Positions 35,101 to 48,533 of a stretch of 64,000 nt of DNA are shown here, one piece after another. The notes below the pieces were generated by a model, which saw nothing but the letters and a program-made list of their open reading frames with translations, did no database searches and was not told the origin of the DNA. Both the position numbers and the translations under genes were made by a program. Position 1 is the stretch's first letter, and every line of letters starts with the position of its first letter. Source of the stretch: Tubulanus polymorphus (Eukaryota > Animalia > Nemertea); assembly GCF_964204645.1 (NCBI RefSeq), contig NC_134033.1, forward strand, positions 4,612,231 to 4,676,230, in the 5' to 3' direction.

Positions 35101-37629
35101 CATCTTTCTATGAATAACAAATATTGGAAAAAATTACTTAGGGAAGCATTCAAAATAAAATCAATAACCCAGCTATACCAGAGTCAGAGAAAATCTCGGC
35201 CGAGGTAATTGGCTGCGTCTTTACTCTAAAGTGTCTGACCTATAATTCATACTCATAAGTTTTACCTCCATTTACAGTCGGTGTAGGATTATGTCTCTTT
35301 GCATTAAAACATATAGGGATACAGTGTACGTGTGATAGCTCATTACATCTAGTTTTGGGAACCAATGATATTTTATCGTATAGAGTGGGACTTCATACAA
35401 CAATAGGTCTCCATAGCACCCAATCACTTCATATTTCGCATTTATAATTTGCATTTTAAAAGTTAAATTGTGAAAATACTAATCAAGATTATCTAGACGA
35501 TTTTAGTTGGACGCACATATTTTCAAAAACATGCTAAAATATGAAACATCCCTGAGTTCCATATAGGTGCAATAATGGCCTCCTTTCCGAACTATGTTTG
35601 GTTACCCTGACAAATCATTCAGATCATTAGAAAATAAGTCGCCAATGTTACAGTATTTCAACAACACGTTTTGTGGCATATCTCAGGAGCGGATTGGTGT
35701 ATTTAAATGATTTAAACGGCGTATTGTAGGTAATCAATTGGTGTCCCCATATATTGCTAAAGGGTGGTGCACACACATTCGTACGCGACTGTCGTAGGTA
35801 CCACGATCATCTTATCCGACGGGTACATCCGCCGCTCTTTCACCGCACTTTACTATGCGATAAATTGTTAACGGTTAATCGTAGTTCGTTGGCATCAAAT
35901 AAGACATTGGCGGAATTCCGGAAAGTATCCGAAAATTTGTTTGGAATATAACATGTTTTGTTTGCAATAAAACCTGATGCATGGTTTAGCCCCCATATTT
36001 CCTAGCAAAATTCAATATAATTACGTGGAATTTTGTGCTGGTATTGTACCAGGTTGAGTTTTCTTGCAAAAAAATCACTCGACTGGAAATAAGACTGAAT
36101 GCATTTTGTTTGATTCTTGGTCTAAACGATGGACCAATGGGCGGGAATGATCAAATTTTATCATTGAGCCTAGGTTCAGTGGTTAGAATAAATACGAAAG
36201 ACATGCAGAAATTGGAAATAAACTGTGAGCCTTCCGAAAAGAAAATACTAGAATCAGACGTAAAGATTACCATTTTGAAACTAAAAGGACAGTTACACGT
36301 TTCAAATTATATCAAGACTAAAAAACAAATAATTAGCTCGAAACCCAATGCTTAATTAGACGTTTAATAGTTAAAAGTCAAGACCAATTAAAAGTCCAAG
36401 ACAAGCCAAAAATGCATAATAAGTGAATCGACCCTAAAATAATCGGATTTTTAATTAAAAAGCCTAGACATCCTGAAAAGATATAATATATATAAGCAGC
36501 ATATTACCAATACCGGATTGCCACGTATCTTGGTGGTCTCTGGATTTAAAATCCAAAACCAAGTAGTTACTTGTTCTCCAGTGAGTTCTTCTCTTGATGG
36601 CGGTGAAGGTGAATTTGACAAGGACCACTCGTTCTTTTATGTAAAATCCAGCTCACTAAGGTTCAACGAACAAACAATTCGAAGAAAGATCATGTTTAGA
36701 TAAGTAAGTTGGATGCTGGTACTTCCTGATTTTGATAACGGTGAAATTAATGACAGAATCAAATGACACCTTGTTGAATCAGCCTTCATAGTTAATCATG
36801 CCAAGGAAAAACTGATTGCAAATCTAAATAACGGTTTTAGTCCTCATAACGACATTTTATCCGCAGTTAAATATTCATTTGATATAATTACTAAATTATG
36901 TGTTTGGAATTTGTTGTCTGAAATCGCTTGGATTTCTTCTCTTTATTTACTTAGTTCAGTTAATATTTATCAGTTTGATCTTCTTTCATTCTCATTGTGT
37001 GCAATCACAGCGTATCAATGTTCTTGGAATAGGTAATTAGGTAATTTCACTTCCTCTAATCTTTAAGTACAAATCTGGTACGTGTCCTGAATCTGTGTCA
37101 TTTTATCTTACCAAGTTTACTTGGATTTTGTAAAAAAAAATATTGTCAGTTTGAAAGTGACAATAAATGGAATTAAGGACGAACGTTATTATTATGAAAA
37201 TCCAAACGAAACCTATTTTCTATCAACATCTCAAACCGCGTTTTCCATTGATTATCTTAAAAATGTTTCCGTCTCAATAAATCATTTCGGTGCCTCTTTC
37301 AGCGCTCGCGGACGCCTACAACGAAGAACACGAAAATGCGAACAAAACAAGACCGCACTGTTCATCGGTCTTTTCGCGTACTCCAACAAGTGATTGTCAA
37401 AATGATTCCATAAATTGGTACCTGAATGAACTCAGACTCGAAGAAGCGTGGTTTTTGTACAGAATAACTAGGTCATCAAAACTGAACTACCCAAACCTGA
37501 AGACGCCAATATCAAATTTCAAATACTTAAATTTGCAATTTGCAAACAAGCGTGGCCGGTGAGTCTTTGAAAATCGTTCCACAATGTTAACAAGAAAGAT
37601 ATAGGCTACTGATCTCCTGCTACATTTCA

Positions 37630-40600
37630 CGGTGTTGTCATATCGCGGAAAGACGGAATCGCGGAATTTTCCAAAAACGCGGAATTTCTTCATTTTTACT
37701 TTAAATAGAAAACGGGTTTTCCCACGGGGATACCCACTGTCGGACCGGGCACCGGACCGATCGATGCAACGAGTTAGGTGCGAGTCCCATTATTTGCAGG
37801 CAATTTTATATGGAATTATCATATTACGATACCGTTGACTGGCTGCCACCTGTAGAAGAAGTCAGAATCAAGTGGGGTGAAAGAGACCAGGCACCTAACG
37901 GTTCCTGAACTTCGCTGAAAAAGCTGAATCACTGAAACGCTGAAACGCTGAAATAAAAACGCCGAAATTTCAGGGAATTTCTGAAAAACGCCGAAATTTC
38001 AGGGAATTCCCGAAAAACGCTGAAATCGTGCTAGGTACCAACAATACACGTTTTGAAATATTTTCCGGGCTGGTGTCCGCTGCTGAGTCCTGAACCGTGT
38101 TTTAGTCTCTACCTTCGGTTACAGAGACATGCATGGACAGTATGTGTTGAGTATACTTCTAGAGGGCCACTTGTTGGACAAATTAATTCGCTTGAAATCC
38201 GGATTTTTAATGCATACAGGCAGCATAATGAGGAAAACCCATTCACAAACCGTGCAAGCCAACTTAAACATTATGCTCAATATTCCCTGCAAGACGCAAA
38301 ATATCTTATTTGAATGTTCATGTATAAAACATGGAGCAACTTTTCTTTTGTCAATACGTTGATGGGCGACGGACTATATGGTATTCTCTGAAGCAGGTAA
38401 ATTAAATTTGACAGCTAGTTATATAAATGATGCAACTTTTGGACAAAAGGGATCTAACTAAATTTCTTTTTAATTCACTGTGGAATGGAATGGATTGACG
38501 CCAATGGCATGCAGTAGACCCCTACGTATGGGTCATACTGATTAGCGTCAACCAATTAATCTAAATCGGGCAAACCATTCAACAACTGTGAATAATTTAT
38601 TTGCTGTGGCGTGATAATAATTAGTTTTTGAATGAAAGAAAGAAATGACATACCAACTATTAGGAAATGTACCGATTCTTATTTTTAGACTACTACTGAA
38701 TCTATAAAAGGAGGAGTCATAGACAAAGTTGATTTGCTTAGCTGGAGACACTTCTTGTCAAGTACATCATCTCAAGTACTGGGTGTTTTGTAAGTTTAAT
38801 TTCAGTATTTATTTATTAAGTGCTGTTCCCTCGGACCGCAGTGCTTTCAAACTAGGCCCACCCCATAGGCTATATCGTCCAGGGTGTATTAGCTATTATT
38901 CTTTTATATCCTACTAAAATGCACCTTTTTCTATTTTTAGATTCAGGCTTAGAATGTGCAAATTCTTTGAGATACTGAAAAATCAGATGGCACCAGTAAA
39001 CTTCAACTGCGAAATTTGCAGCAGGATAGCTGAACGACACAATTTTTAAAAATAAAATGGCTATTCGAATGCTATTTCGATAATAACTCTATTCAACCAG
39101 AGAGAAATAAGTCAATTGTGGATGTACAGTACACGCACTTTTCTTCCCTGTTTCCTGGTACCTAATTTTTAGTCTTAAGCTAAGCGATATTCTAAGGTAT
39201 GCTAGTGGATTTCATTAGAATATGAAGCAATGGAACCAGAATTCTAGCCAGGGTTAAACGAACTATTGATTCTGATATAATGTAAGAACTGATTTCCTTT
39301 GTGTAATCTTGCAGAATGTGTTATGTATTATTTCAAGCTGTTAAATAATATAGTTAGACAAACGTCCAATTATTGGATCTTTCTTGTTGACTCGTTTAAT
39401 TTTGTGAGTTAAGAGTTCCAGTCAATCCACAATGTGCAGTGCCTAGCCTTCATCTACACTAAAGCCAAGCCTGTGTATGGGAAAATATCGTTCGACTCCT
39501 ATAGGCCAGACAAGTCAAAGCATGCAATACATTGCAGATGATAGTCTCCGGCAAGTCGAAAGAGAAAGTAAACCAGGTTTTACCCCGTACCCTACCCGGG
39601 AACAAAGACACTTAAAGACTCCTTCGTCCTGGTAGAAATTGTTGAAATATGGCACCCAATCGTAGCAATGCTAAGTACAGGATACTATGACGGTTGAACC
39701 TTTATCAACGAATTTCAATGACACCGAAAATAGAATCAAAATAATCATTAGTTCCATGCTAGCACTTAATTTGGGTTATCAGGTTCAGCCTAACTGTACT
39801 TTCATTCAGCTACTACTTGTTTGAGACTTGGCAATGATAAGTTGCAAGAAATTACCAAACATAAGAAAAAATATTGTGAATTAATATTATTTTAAATAAG
39901 AATTTATTCAAATGAAGTGATAACTTCATTGTTAGATCGTACCGGTATATGCACATAAAACTATGGCAAAAAACACATCTAACAATCCACGCAATCCGCA
40001 ATCGATCAAGTCGATCATGACGACGACCTTAAGGCATGTCTCTGTAACCGAAGATAGAGCATAAAACACGGTTCAGGACTCGTCAGCGGACACCGGCCCA
40101 GAATAATTTTCAAAACGTGTATTGTCGGTACCTAGCACGATTTCAGCGTTTTTCGGGAATTCCCTGAAATTTCGGCGTTTTTCGGAAATTCCCTGAAATT
40201 TCAGCGTTTTTATTTCAGCTTTTCAGTGTTTCAGCTTTTTCAGCGAAGTTCAGGAACCGAGGCACCTAATGTCTATTTCTACTAGGCAAACTTCGGTTAT
40301 CGAAGTTCATCGACTTTTTGAGAACTTCAGAAACGAATATTATTAGATAAATATTGAGCACGTTCGCGCTGTCGGACCGTAGTTGTAGATGGTTGCAAAC
40401 ATGAAATCCTACGACCAAACAAGTACCGGTTCAAATTTCTTCGTCAAATTCGTCCAGTACCGGTACCAATAAGATTCTTTTGATCCAAATAATCAGCATA
40501 GGAACATATGTTATAGCAGTCACACAGTAAACATTAAAAAAAACAAAACCATTTTATAATCTTTCATATCATTTAATTCTAAAAGATAAACCACATTCCC

Positions 40601-41101
40601 TTATAACAACAATGTAGACACACAACACGCATGAACAATCCTAAGCCAGAATGAAATATACATAATGTCTATTTATTTTCGTCTGACATCGATCCAGTTC
40701 CACAGTTGTGAGTTAACTCTGAGTTACTTAGAATCAATAGAGTCAAATCTTAACTCGGAACTGAGTCCTGGAGAATCCCATGGTGTCATCACAAATCCTA
40801 CATTTACGTACCATCGATTTGTATTCCTTCAGTTAATGCAGCGATACTCTGTATCACTGAATTCGCAAAGCACGTATTGCCTGGGTTCTACATTATTTGG
40901 AACAGTATCGTTAAGTTGTTGACTGGCGATAAAATAAATTATCAAATACTAATTCCCGGTGTTGAAAACCTGGGTCCGATGCCCTGTCCGACAGTGGGTA
41001 TCCGCGTGGGAAAACCCGTTTACTATTTATAGTAAAAATGAAGAAATTCCGCGTTTTTGGAAAATTCAGCAATTCCGTCTTTCCGCGATATGACAACACC
41101 G
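37630..41101. mobile_element. MULE-like non-autonomous element (outer), ~130-bp TIRs
   Basis: CGGTGTTGTCATATCGCGGAAAGACGG... inverted at ~40972-41101; 9-bp TSD TACATTTCA (37621-37629 / 41102-41110). Confidence 0.85.
37899..40259. mobile_element. MULE-like non-autonomous element (inner), ~230-bp TIRs with GCTGAAA sub-repeats
   Basis: CGGTTCCTGAACTTCGCTG... inverted at ~40033-40259; 10-bp TSD AGGCACCTAA (37889-37898 / 40260-40269). Confidence 0.87.
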
Positions 41102-41169
41102 TACATTTCACATTGAGTCCATGTTAACACTACATATACTTATGAGAAACCCACATAACAGAAACGAAC

Positions 41170-42300
41170 TAGGATTCTAACCATCTTAACCCTAACCTTA
41201 AAAACTATGGTACTCTCAAGCATAACCACCCACCGAAAAGAACCTAACCCTGTAAACTCTAACTCTCTAAACACTAAACCCTCTAATTTCTCTCTAAAAC
41301 CTTATTCCTAACCCCCCTCCCCCCATTAAAACCTAACTCTCTAAAGACTAAACCCTAACCCCCTAAACCCTAACCCTCTAAACCCTAACCCTCTGAACAC
41401 TAGAACCCTCTAAAATCTAACTCTCTAAACCCTGAACCCTCTAAATTCTCTCTAATTCTCCGAACCCTGAACCCTCTAAACACTAAACCCTAATCCTCTG
41501 AACCCTATAAACCCTAAACTCCTAAAACCTAACCCTCTAAAACCTAAACAATAAACCCTAACCCTCGAAAACCTAACCCTCCGAACACTAAAACCCTCTA
41601 AATTTTAACTCTCTTAACCCTGAACCCTCTAATTTCTCTCTTACCCTCTAAACCCTAACCCTCTAAACACTAAACCCCCTAAACCCTAACCCTCTAAACA
41701 CTAAACCCCCTAAACCCTAACCCTCTAAACCCTTACCCTCTAAACACTAAAACCTAACCCTCTAAACACTAAACCCTAGCCCTCTAAACACTAAAAGCTA
41801 ACCCTCTAAACCCTAACCCTCTAAACCCTAAACCCTAACCCCTTAACCACTAAACCCTAACCCCCTAAACCCCTAAACCCTAACTCTCTAAAACCTAACC
41901 CCCTAACCTCGTAAACACTTACCCTCTAAACACTAAACCCTGACCCCGTAAACAATAAACCCTAACCCATTTAAAACTAACCCTCTAAACCCTAACTCGC
42001 TAAAACCTAACCCCCTAACCCCGTAAACACTTACCCTCTAAACACTAAACCCTGGCCCCTATACAATAAACCATAACCCCTTTAAAACTAACCCTCTAAA
42101 CACTAACCCTCTAAAACCCTCTTAAACCTAAACACTAAACCCCTTAACCCTCTAAACCCAAACCCCTTTAAAACCTAAAACTCTAAAACCTAATCCTTTA
42201 AAAACTAAACCCTAACCCCGTAAACCCTTAGCCTATAAAACCTAACGCTCTTAGACCTAACCCCCAAACACCACTCCTATAAACCCTAACCCCTTAAAAC
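41170..42300 (+). repeat. Interstitial degenerate telomere-like array (CCCTAA / CCCTAAA / CTCTAAA / CACTAAA)
   Basis: About 1.1 kb almost without G on the plus strand; recurrent AAACCCTAACCCTCTAAACACT units. Confidence 0.9.
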
Positions 42301-43133
42301 TATCTTCAAATAAACCAATTGCCGTCTTGATATTCAAATGCTGATTGTTTAATAATGGGAAATGGTTCAAGAATCGCAGACAATAACGCGATTCTTTGCG
42401 ATCTAATTTTAAAATAAGCTTAGCAGTTTTTAACTCGTTATATTAAAGGTAGGCTTATTTGAAGAAAAAGAACAAAAGTGGATTAAACATGTGTGCGAAA
42501 CGAAGGGGTGTAGGGAGGGGTACGTCACTATCGATGGCAATGAAAAGCTTCATCGGGCAGTGTGTGCAGCGGATAGTGAAGTACATTTTAACGATACAAA
42601 CTCATCAATCAAAATCAGAACCATCATAACATGTCAGGATGACCCTTCTTATGGCGGGAAACACAAAGAATAGAATTTTCCGGAAAATTTGGGAATTATT
42701 TCGGAATTGTCGCGGGTGACAAAACCAAAATATTGAATTGTCGCGGGCGACAAAACGTTTTAATCAGACGCCTACAAGCGCATTTAGGTCACGATTTAGG
42801 GATAGCAATACCAACTACGAGGTATATGTTGCGTAGAATACGCAAATGCAACACAGTATTTTCTACTTTTTAAAATAAAATAAAATCAATGTAACGTTAG
42901 AAGAAAAAGTGTATCCAAATTTTTCAAGCTGGAATATCACATGAAATTAGATCACAACCGTTTACGAGATATTTATTCCGCAACCGTTTACGAGATATTT
43001 ATTCCGCAACATTTATAAACGCAACAAATTTACGCAACATTTATCATTCTGTACAGCCGCTTCGTAACAGATTAACGTAACATTTCGCTCATCTCGCGTG
43101 CGCATTATAATTGACTCGAATTGAATCTACACA

Positions 43134-44780
43134 ATGTCTCTTTCCAAAAAACGTCGTCTGACGCTAGCCGAAAAACTTAACGTCATCGATGGTGAAAATG
43201 TGAACTTCAAATCGGTGAGTCTAAATTTTGTGCATATCCGTAATAAATGAATGAATCCCTAAAAATCTACAAATATTATAATTTATAGGCTTTATGTTCT
43301 CTGTCGTTTTAGGTTTGCTATCACTACCAGCAACTTCATGATCATGATATAGACTCAGTGAACAACAAAAGCGAGATAATGAAGTGCCATGTCATTATCA
43401 AATATGGGCATGATGTGGTCACTAGATCTATTCTACGCCATAATGTAATACCTTTTTGGTTTTCGGAGACAATTCGAAAATCACTTCCACAGATGAACGG
43501 AGAACAACTTATTCCCTATGAAATGTTGAAGAATATCTTTCATGATTATCATGATCAAAAGTCAAGTCATTTAGCTGTCCTTGGACCTCCAGTTGGTATG
43601 TATAACAATTTTCTTGTACTCCAATTAGTATTGCTCTAGCACATGTTGAATCTGTAATATTTTTTGTACATAGGAAAGTGTTTTGAGTGTTATTGTACAC
43701 TGCAACTGCACAACAAAGTGATTGATGTTCTCTTTGTTACTCATGGAAAAGTCATTTCTAAAAATAAGGTAGGCTATGTTGTCCTTAAGTGGTAGGCCCT
43801 TAAACATGAAAAATGTAGATTTTATTTCATTAATTCAGATATCTTTATTCCAGATCAATTTACGCTGTAAGAATTGTCAGATTAATTACGGCTTTGATAA
43901 ATATGGCTCCACTGAAAAAGGATATTCATTTTATCACGAAATGAGAGACTCAATTGTTGCAACTGATGGGATAATTATTGACCGCAGTCTTTACAATTTT
44001 CAGAGATCGTTATCGTAAGTCAACTTAAATTTGAACAAAAATTTCATGGCTTGAACTAGGAGAATGATATATGTTATTAGATTAATTTGTAATCTTTCAT
44101 CATTTTAGCCTCCATTCTTGGGTTTCGTTTCAAGGTTTCGCCGAAAGCTTTAATGATGCTTATATTTTAGAGAAAAGTGAGTTTTAGAGGTATTAAATTC
44201 GTGAAATACTCACTCAGTTTATCTGTCATTATTTTGTTGCTTTAGATATTGATCGGCGTTTGTGGGCTGAAGCTTTCTGGTGGGCGGAACTTGAAACAGA
44301 ATTGCGCGACCTAGACCTACACACTAAATTCAAGTTCACCAAAGATGCAGACCGTGAAGATTGTATGGTCATCATAATCTTCGAAAGAGGACAACATACG
44401 CTCACCCACCAAGCGACTGTACAAGTGCTTGCAAAATGCGAGGTACAGTAATTCCAGTGATTGATGTACACACGCTTTTGTATCTTATTTGGTAGTGTGT
44501 ATCTTTTTTCCAAAATAATTGTTTCAGGCTGTGGAAAACTTTGGGCAACAGATGGAATATGGAAAACGCAATTTTCTCATTGCATGTTTTCAGTTAAAGT
44601 AAGGGTATTGCTAATACCGGTAGATTCTTTCTGTAGAAAAGGGAATTCGGTGTGACTTTAACTGTTTTTCGTGTTTTTTCAAAACCAAGTATCCGGCATA
44701 CCAATGGTCGATTTACCGGATGTCTGCACAAATCAGCCTCTTCACAGAAAGGCGTTTTGTGCAGCACATTGTAACTTTTG
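43134..44780 (+). pseudogene. Second intron-containing CxC5/CxC6-type (KDZ-associated) gene remnant
   Basis: Exon-like pieces with GT/AG borders: MSLSKKRRLTLAEKL; LRCKNCQINYG..GYSFY; HSWVSFQGFAESFN; RRLWAEAFWWAELE; GCGKLWATDGIWK..HC; VCTNQP...AFCAAHC. Confidence 0.55.
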
Positions 44781-46984
44781 TGAGCAACAGAATCCACCTA
44801 CCGTCCAAAATATCAAAGCAATCCAAAGGATGATGGTCATCGTCGTGTAAGAATGAATTATCTTGATTTGCGCTACGATTTTTGAAACAGTGTCCAGTTT
44901 TTCAAGCCACGCCCGACAGTTTTGATGCGGTACACGACGCCTTGGACGCCTTCCGTAACGGCATAATGAAGAAAAACCGATACGGGTCGCCAGTCTCCCG
45001 ACGCCCAAAGGAACCAATACCGCTATGCTGCGTTCGAGAGCAAAACACGACAGAATCCACGAAGAGGTTTTGATTCCAAAATTGTTGAGCACTATTCCAA
45101 ATCTACAGGTGAATTCGTTCACGGTGTAGAACACGTACACACCGTACGTGGTGCCGACCACGGTGTTTTTTTTCAGTTATAAAGATGTTTATTCCGAATA
45201 TTAATATACATTATAATATAAGTTCCAGTGCCAAGGTACAAGTACATTATAGGCAAAATGGTTAAGTTAAACATTTACAAGTTACAATTCGGCGTAAACC
45301 AGACATAAATTTAGAAATGTTACACGATGGTTTATATGAGATGGCTAACAGAGCAGGTACTGTACAGTGTAGGTGTCTAATGTTGGAATTGTTGGTAGTT
45401 ACTAAGAATAAATTTTGAAACATTTTTTAGCATTTGAGTGTTAGTGCGAATTCACGGTGTGAATTCGTTCGAGAGATTTCATAAAGAGTGACGACATAAA
45501 TCGAATCGGAGAAACCTAGCGGTACCAGATACTGGAAGGTGCACGCATCTAACGTGCGACGCAGACGAGACATGACGACTACAGACAGTAAACTCCTGGT
45601 AACACCGGTCACCATCCAGAAACAGATGTAAATATTGAACGCTACTTGGAAAACCCAACCCAGATCAACAATCACGGGTAGAGATTCGCCAACAAATATT
45701 GGCGGAGAACCACAGCACTGGTGGTAACAGCCATCATAACATTAGTGGAGATCAAGGTCAAAAACAGTAACATAACATTTCAGCGACCATATCATTACAT
45801 TTTTTACTGTATGTTACAGAGAATGGTGCCTCCGAAATATTAATGTAATATTTATAAGTTAATCTATAAGTGAATTCGTGTGATGGATTAGTAATTAGAA
45901 GGGTGTCTTCTTTACCATGCTATGGATAATAAATCATGTAGACCACACACAGCTAGGGTTTAAAGACTAATCATGAAGCAACCCAGGTGTGGTCTGTACA
46001 CAAAAATTCACTTATTAATTTATATTAACTTGGGAGGAATAATTTTTTTCTAGGACACGCTGTATGTACTGACATCATGGATCATTGTATTCAGGGGTGG
46101 ATTTAGATGGTCCAGAGGTTCCACCCTCTTCTGCTAAGACAACATTTTCATAACCAGCCAAAAGAAAGTTACACTAACTTTGGTAAATTATTCCAAATAA
46201 TTCGTTCTAGAATCTCTCAGATGCTTAGAAAATACACAACGCTCTTTACCGCTACCCCTCTCCCCATTAAAGATTCTTGGATCCGCCCCTGCATACATTA
46301 TAAATAGTCCATGTGTAAACCTCCAAACAGATTGGAATGGTTCTGCTTTGTACCCTAAAAATATAGTTTTGGTATCAAAGAGGACGCAGGACTTTTCTTT
46401 TACCTGATCCCCTAACCCCACTGTCTAATAAGAATCGCGATCTGTTCAAACGCAATTCTGCTTCCAAAAATGACTACAATATCTAGAATGTTTAGATAAC
46501 TTACCTCTTGATGTTACAGAAACTATAAGGTGAATATACACTAAGTCTACTGCACAATAAGTATTCTGCTGAGCCACTGGACTGCGATAGTTGAAAATTC
46601 CCCGACGACGTTTAACCCGACCCCGGTCACATGATATATTTTATAGTTAGATATTAGGTAATAATCGTCACGTGTCCTGTGAACCCCGTACATCGCCTGA
46701 CATAACGCCGTCTGATCAGAATTAGACGCTAAGGTTATTTTTAGACGCCGCAGAGACTTAGCCGTTGCTTCGGGCTACCCATTAGAAAATATTTGTGTAA
46801 AATAGTTATTTTCTGCAGGCAAAGTGTGATCAACTCTAGTTGATTTCAGCGTCCAATGAAATCAATTTTTAGGTCCTGAAAACTACTATTACCTGAAAAG
46901 AAATTATTCTGAGTAAGGTATGAACCCAAGATAATTGCAAAGTTTAAAATGTACCTAGATTCAGATCACCCGGTATGAAATACT

Positions 46985-47072
46985 AGTAATTAAAAGTGGA
47001 TAAGATCATGGTATTTCTGTTTATTTGAAGTAATTAAAAGTGGATAAGATCATGGTATTTCTGTTTATTTGA
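46985..47072. repeat. Perfect 44-bp tandem duplication
   Basis: AGTAATTAAAAGTGGATAAGATCATGGTATTTCTGTTTATTTGA twice. Confidence 0.9.
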
Positions 47073-48464
47073 ATTCCTCGTTATTTTAGGCAGATGTATT
47101 TTCATTGTCTGAGATTTGATGTTTGAACTGTTGATCTTGTCAATGAATAAAGAGACCTGATTGAAAAGTTATCCTGTTTACAAGTTATTGATTAGGACTT
47201 GGGGTAATCCTCCAATGATAGGATTGAGTTTCCATCACATGGGCTCGTATTTGAGGTTTGGGGGTGAACTGTAGCTGTTAAATTTATTGATTATTCTATA
47301 TTTTACGTTATGTTATACAATCGTAAATACTTCTTGATGTCCCTCTGTATACCTCTCGTTTCATTTCAATTTCATTTCATTTCATGTTGTTAATTGACAA
47401 CTCTGGAAATGAAAGGGTTAACATATAATAAATTAATCAGGTGTTTTATCTTATTTTTATTAGATTGCAAGTTAGGATATTTGATAAAACACTAGATAAA
47501 CTAAGTGATAAAATATGCTGGGTTGCTTCGATTGTGAGGGCTAGATACCTGCAACGATGAGTTGAAATAGCAATCTAATATCTATTTGAATATAGAATTT
47601 AATCTGTTACTACCAGCTGAATGACTACCATAGGTATTATGGTAATACATCTATAAACAAGTCGACTATCTTTCTATCCGTTTTGTCAACTGTTGTAAAA
47701 CGAAATTATTCACTGCCAAATTAACAGTGAACCGCCGAAACTAAGCACTTTCATAACATTTTATAATACGGTTCTCGATACTGAAACCTATGTTTCGTTT
47801 AACTTTAGTCTCTGTCGGCAATAGCCGAAGTATTCTTTGAAGTAGTCTTTGAACCGCAGCTGTCAAGATGATGGAGCTATGTAATTACTTGACCACATGT
47901 ACTCTTTTTAGTGTAGTTTATATTATGGGAAATAAAGTTAGTTGTCTTATGATGCTGATACAGTAAAGACGCGTTCGCCCGGTTTACTCTCTTCTTCTCT
48001 TACGGACCTGGTCCTCATAAGTGGCAGTGCAGCCCACAGTCTCTTCCAATTATTTTTGGCCAGGTCTAGGGCCAGGGGGTCATGGATTTTTGTATCCGTT
48101 CATATTTATCTTCGTAGTATCCAAATATGATCAGCCTAGTTGCGTACTGGCGCACTTACCATAGACATTGGAATCGGTCGATTTAGAAATATCAAATAGG
48201 AAAAAATAGACCCTATACAGCGTGGAATCAGAAATTGTCTTCATTGTTCACCCGCTGTATGACCCACAAAGATAAATTCTTTTATCGACAACTGAGCTAA
48301 TTGACCAACAATGCGCTTAGAAATTATGACTTGAAGAATGAGAAATTCATATATATTGAATGCAACAAATTGTCAAACGGAAGTCAGCGCCTGACCTTGT
48401 ATTCTGAACCTTAATAATTTGTTACTCCATAATTATGTAATGATGTATTAGCCCACGTTTAAAC

Positions 48465-48533
48465 AGCCTCGCCACTGAAAAATTCCTTCCGACGCCTCTG
48501 TAACAGAGGAAGGAATTTTTCAGTGGCGAGGCT
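48465..48533. repeat. Perfect 26-bp inverted repeat with 17-nt spacer
   Basis: AGCCTCGCCACTGAAAAATTCCTTCC / GGAAGGAATTTTTCAGTGGCGAGGCT. Confidence 0.85.

Larger units (their letters stand above)
37150..42673 (+). pseudogene. Decayed CxC5/CxC6-type (KDZ transposase-associated) gene, split by a large element-filled intron
   Basis: YYYENP..YFLSTSQTAF..ASFSALADAYN (frameshift)..LNELRLEEAWFLY, donor GTGAGT at 37559, then HVCETKGC..VTIDGNEKLHRAVC at ~42490. Confidence 0.5.

Noticed and set aside
37487-41111. Similar short ORFs at 37632-37838 and 40911-41111
   Set aside because: Translations of the TIRs, not genes.
41170-42300. True telomere or CRISPR-like array
   Set aside because: Units are degenerate and internal, with no constant repeat plus unique spacer structure; the context is eukaryotic.
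46092-46291. CAGGGG...CCCCTG MITE
   Set aside because: TIR is imperfect and no TSD was found; too weak to call.
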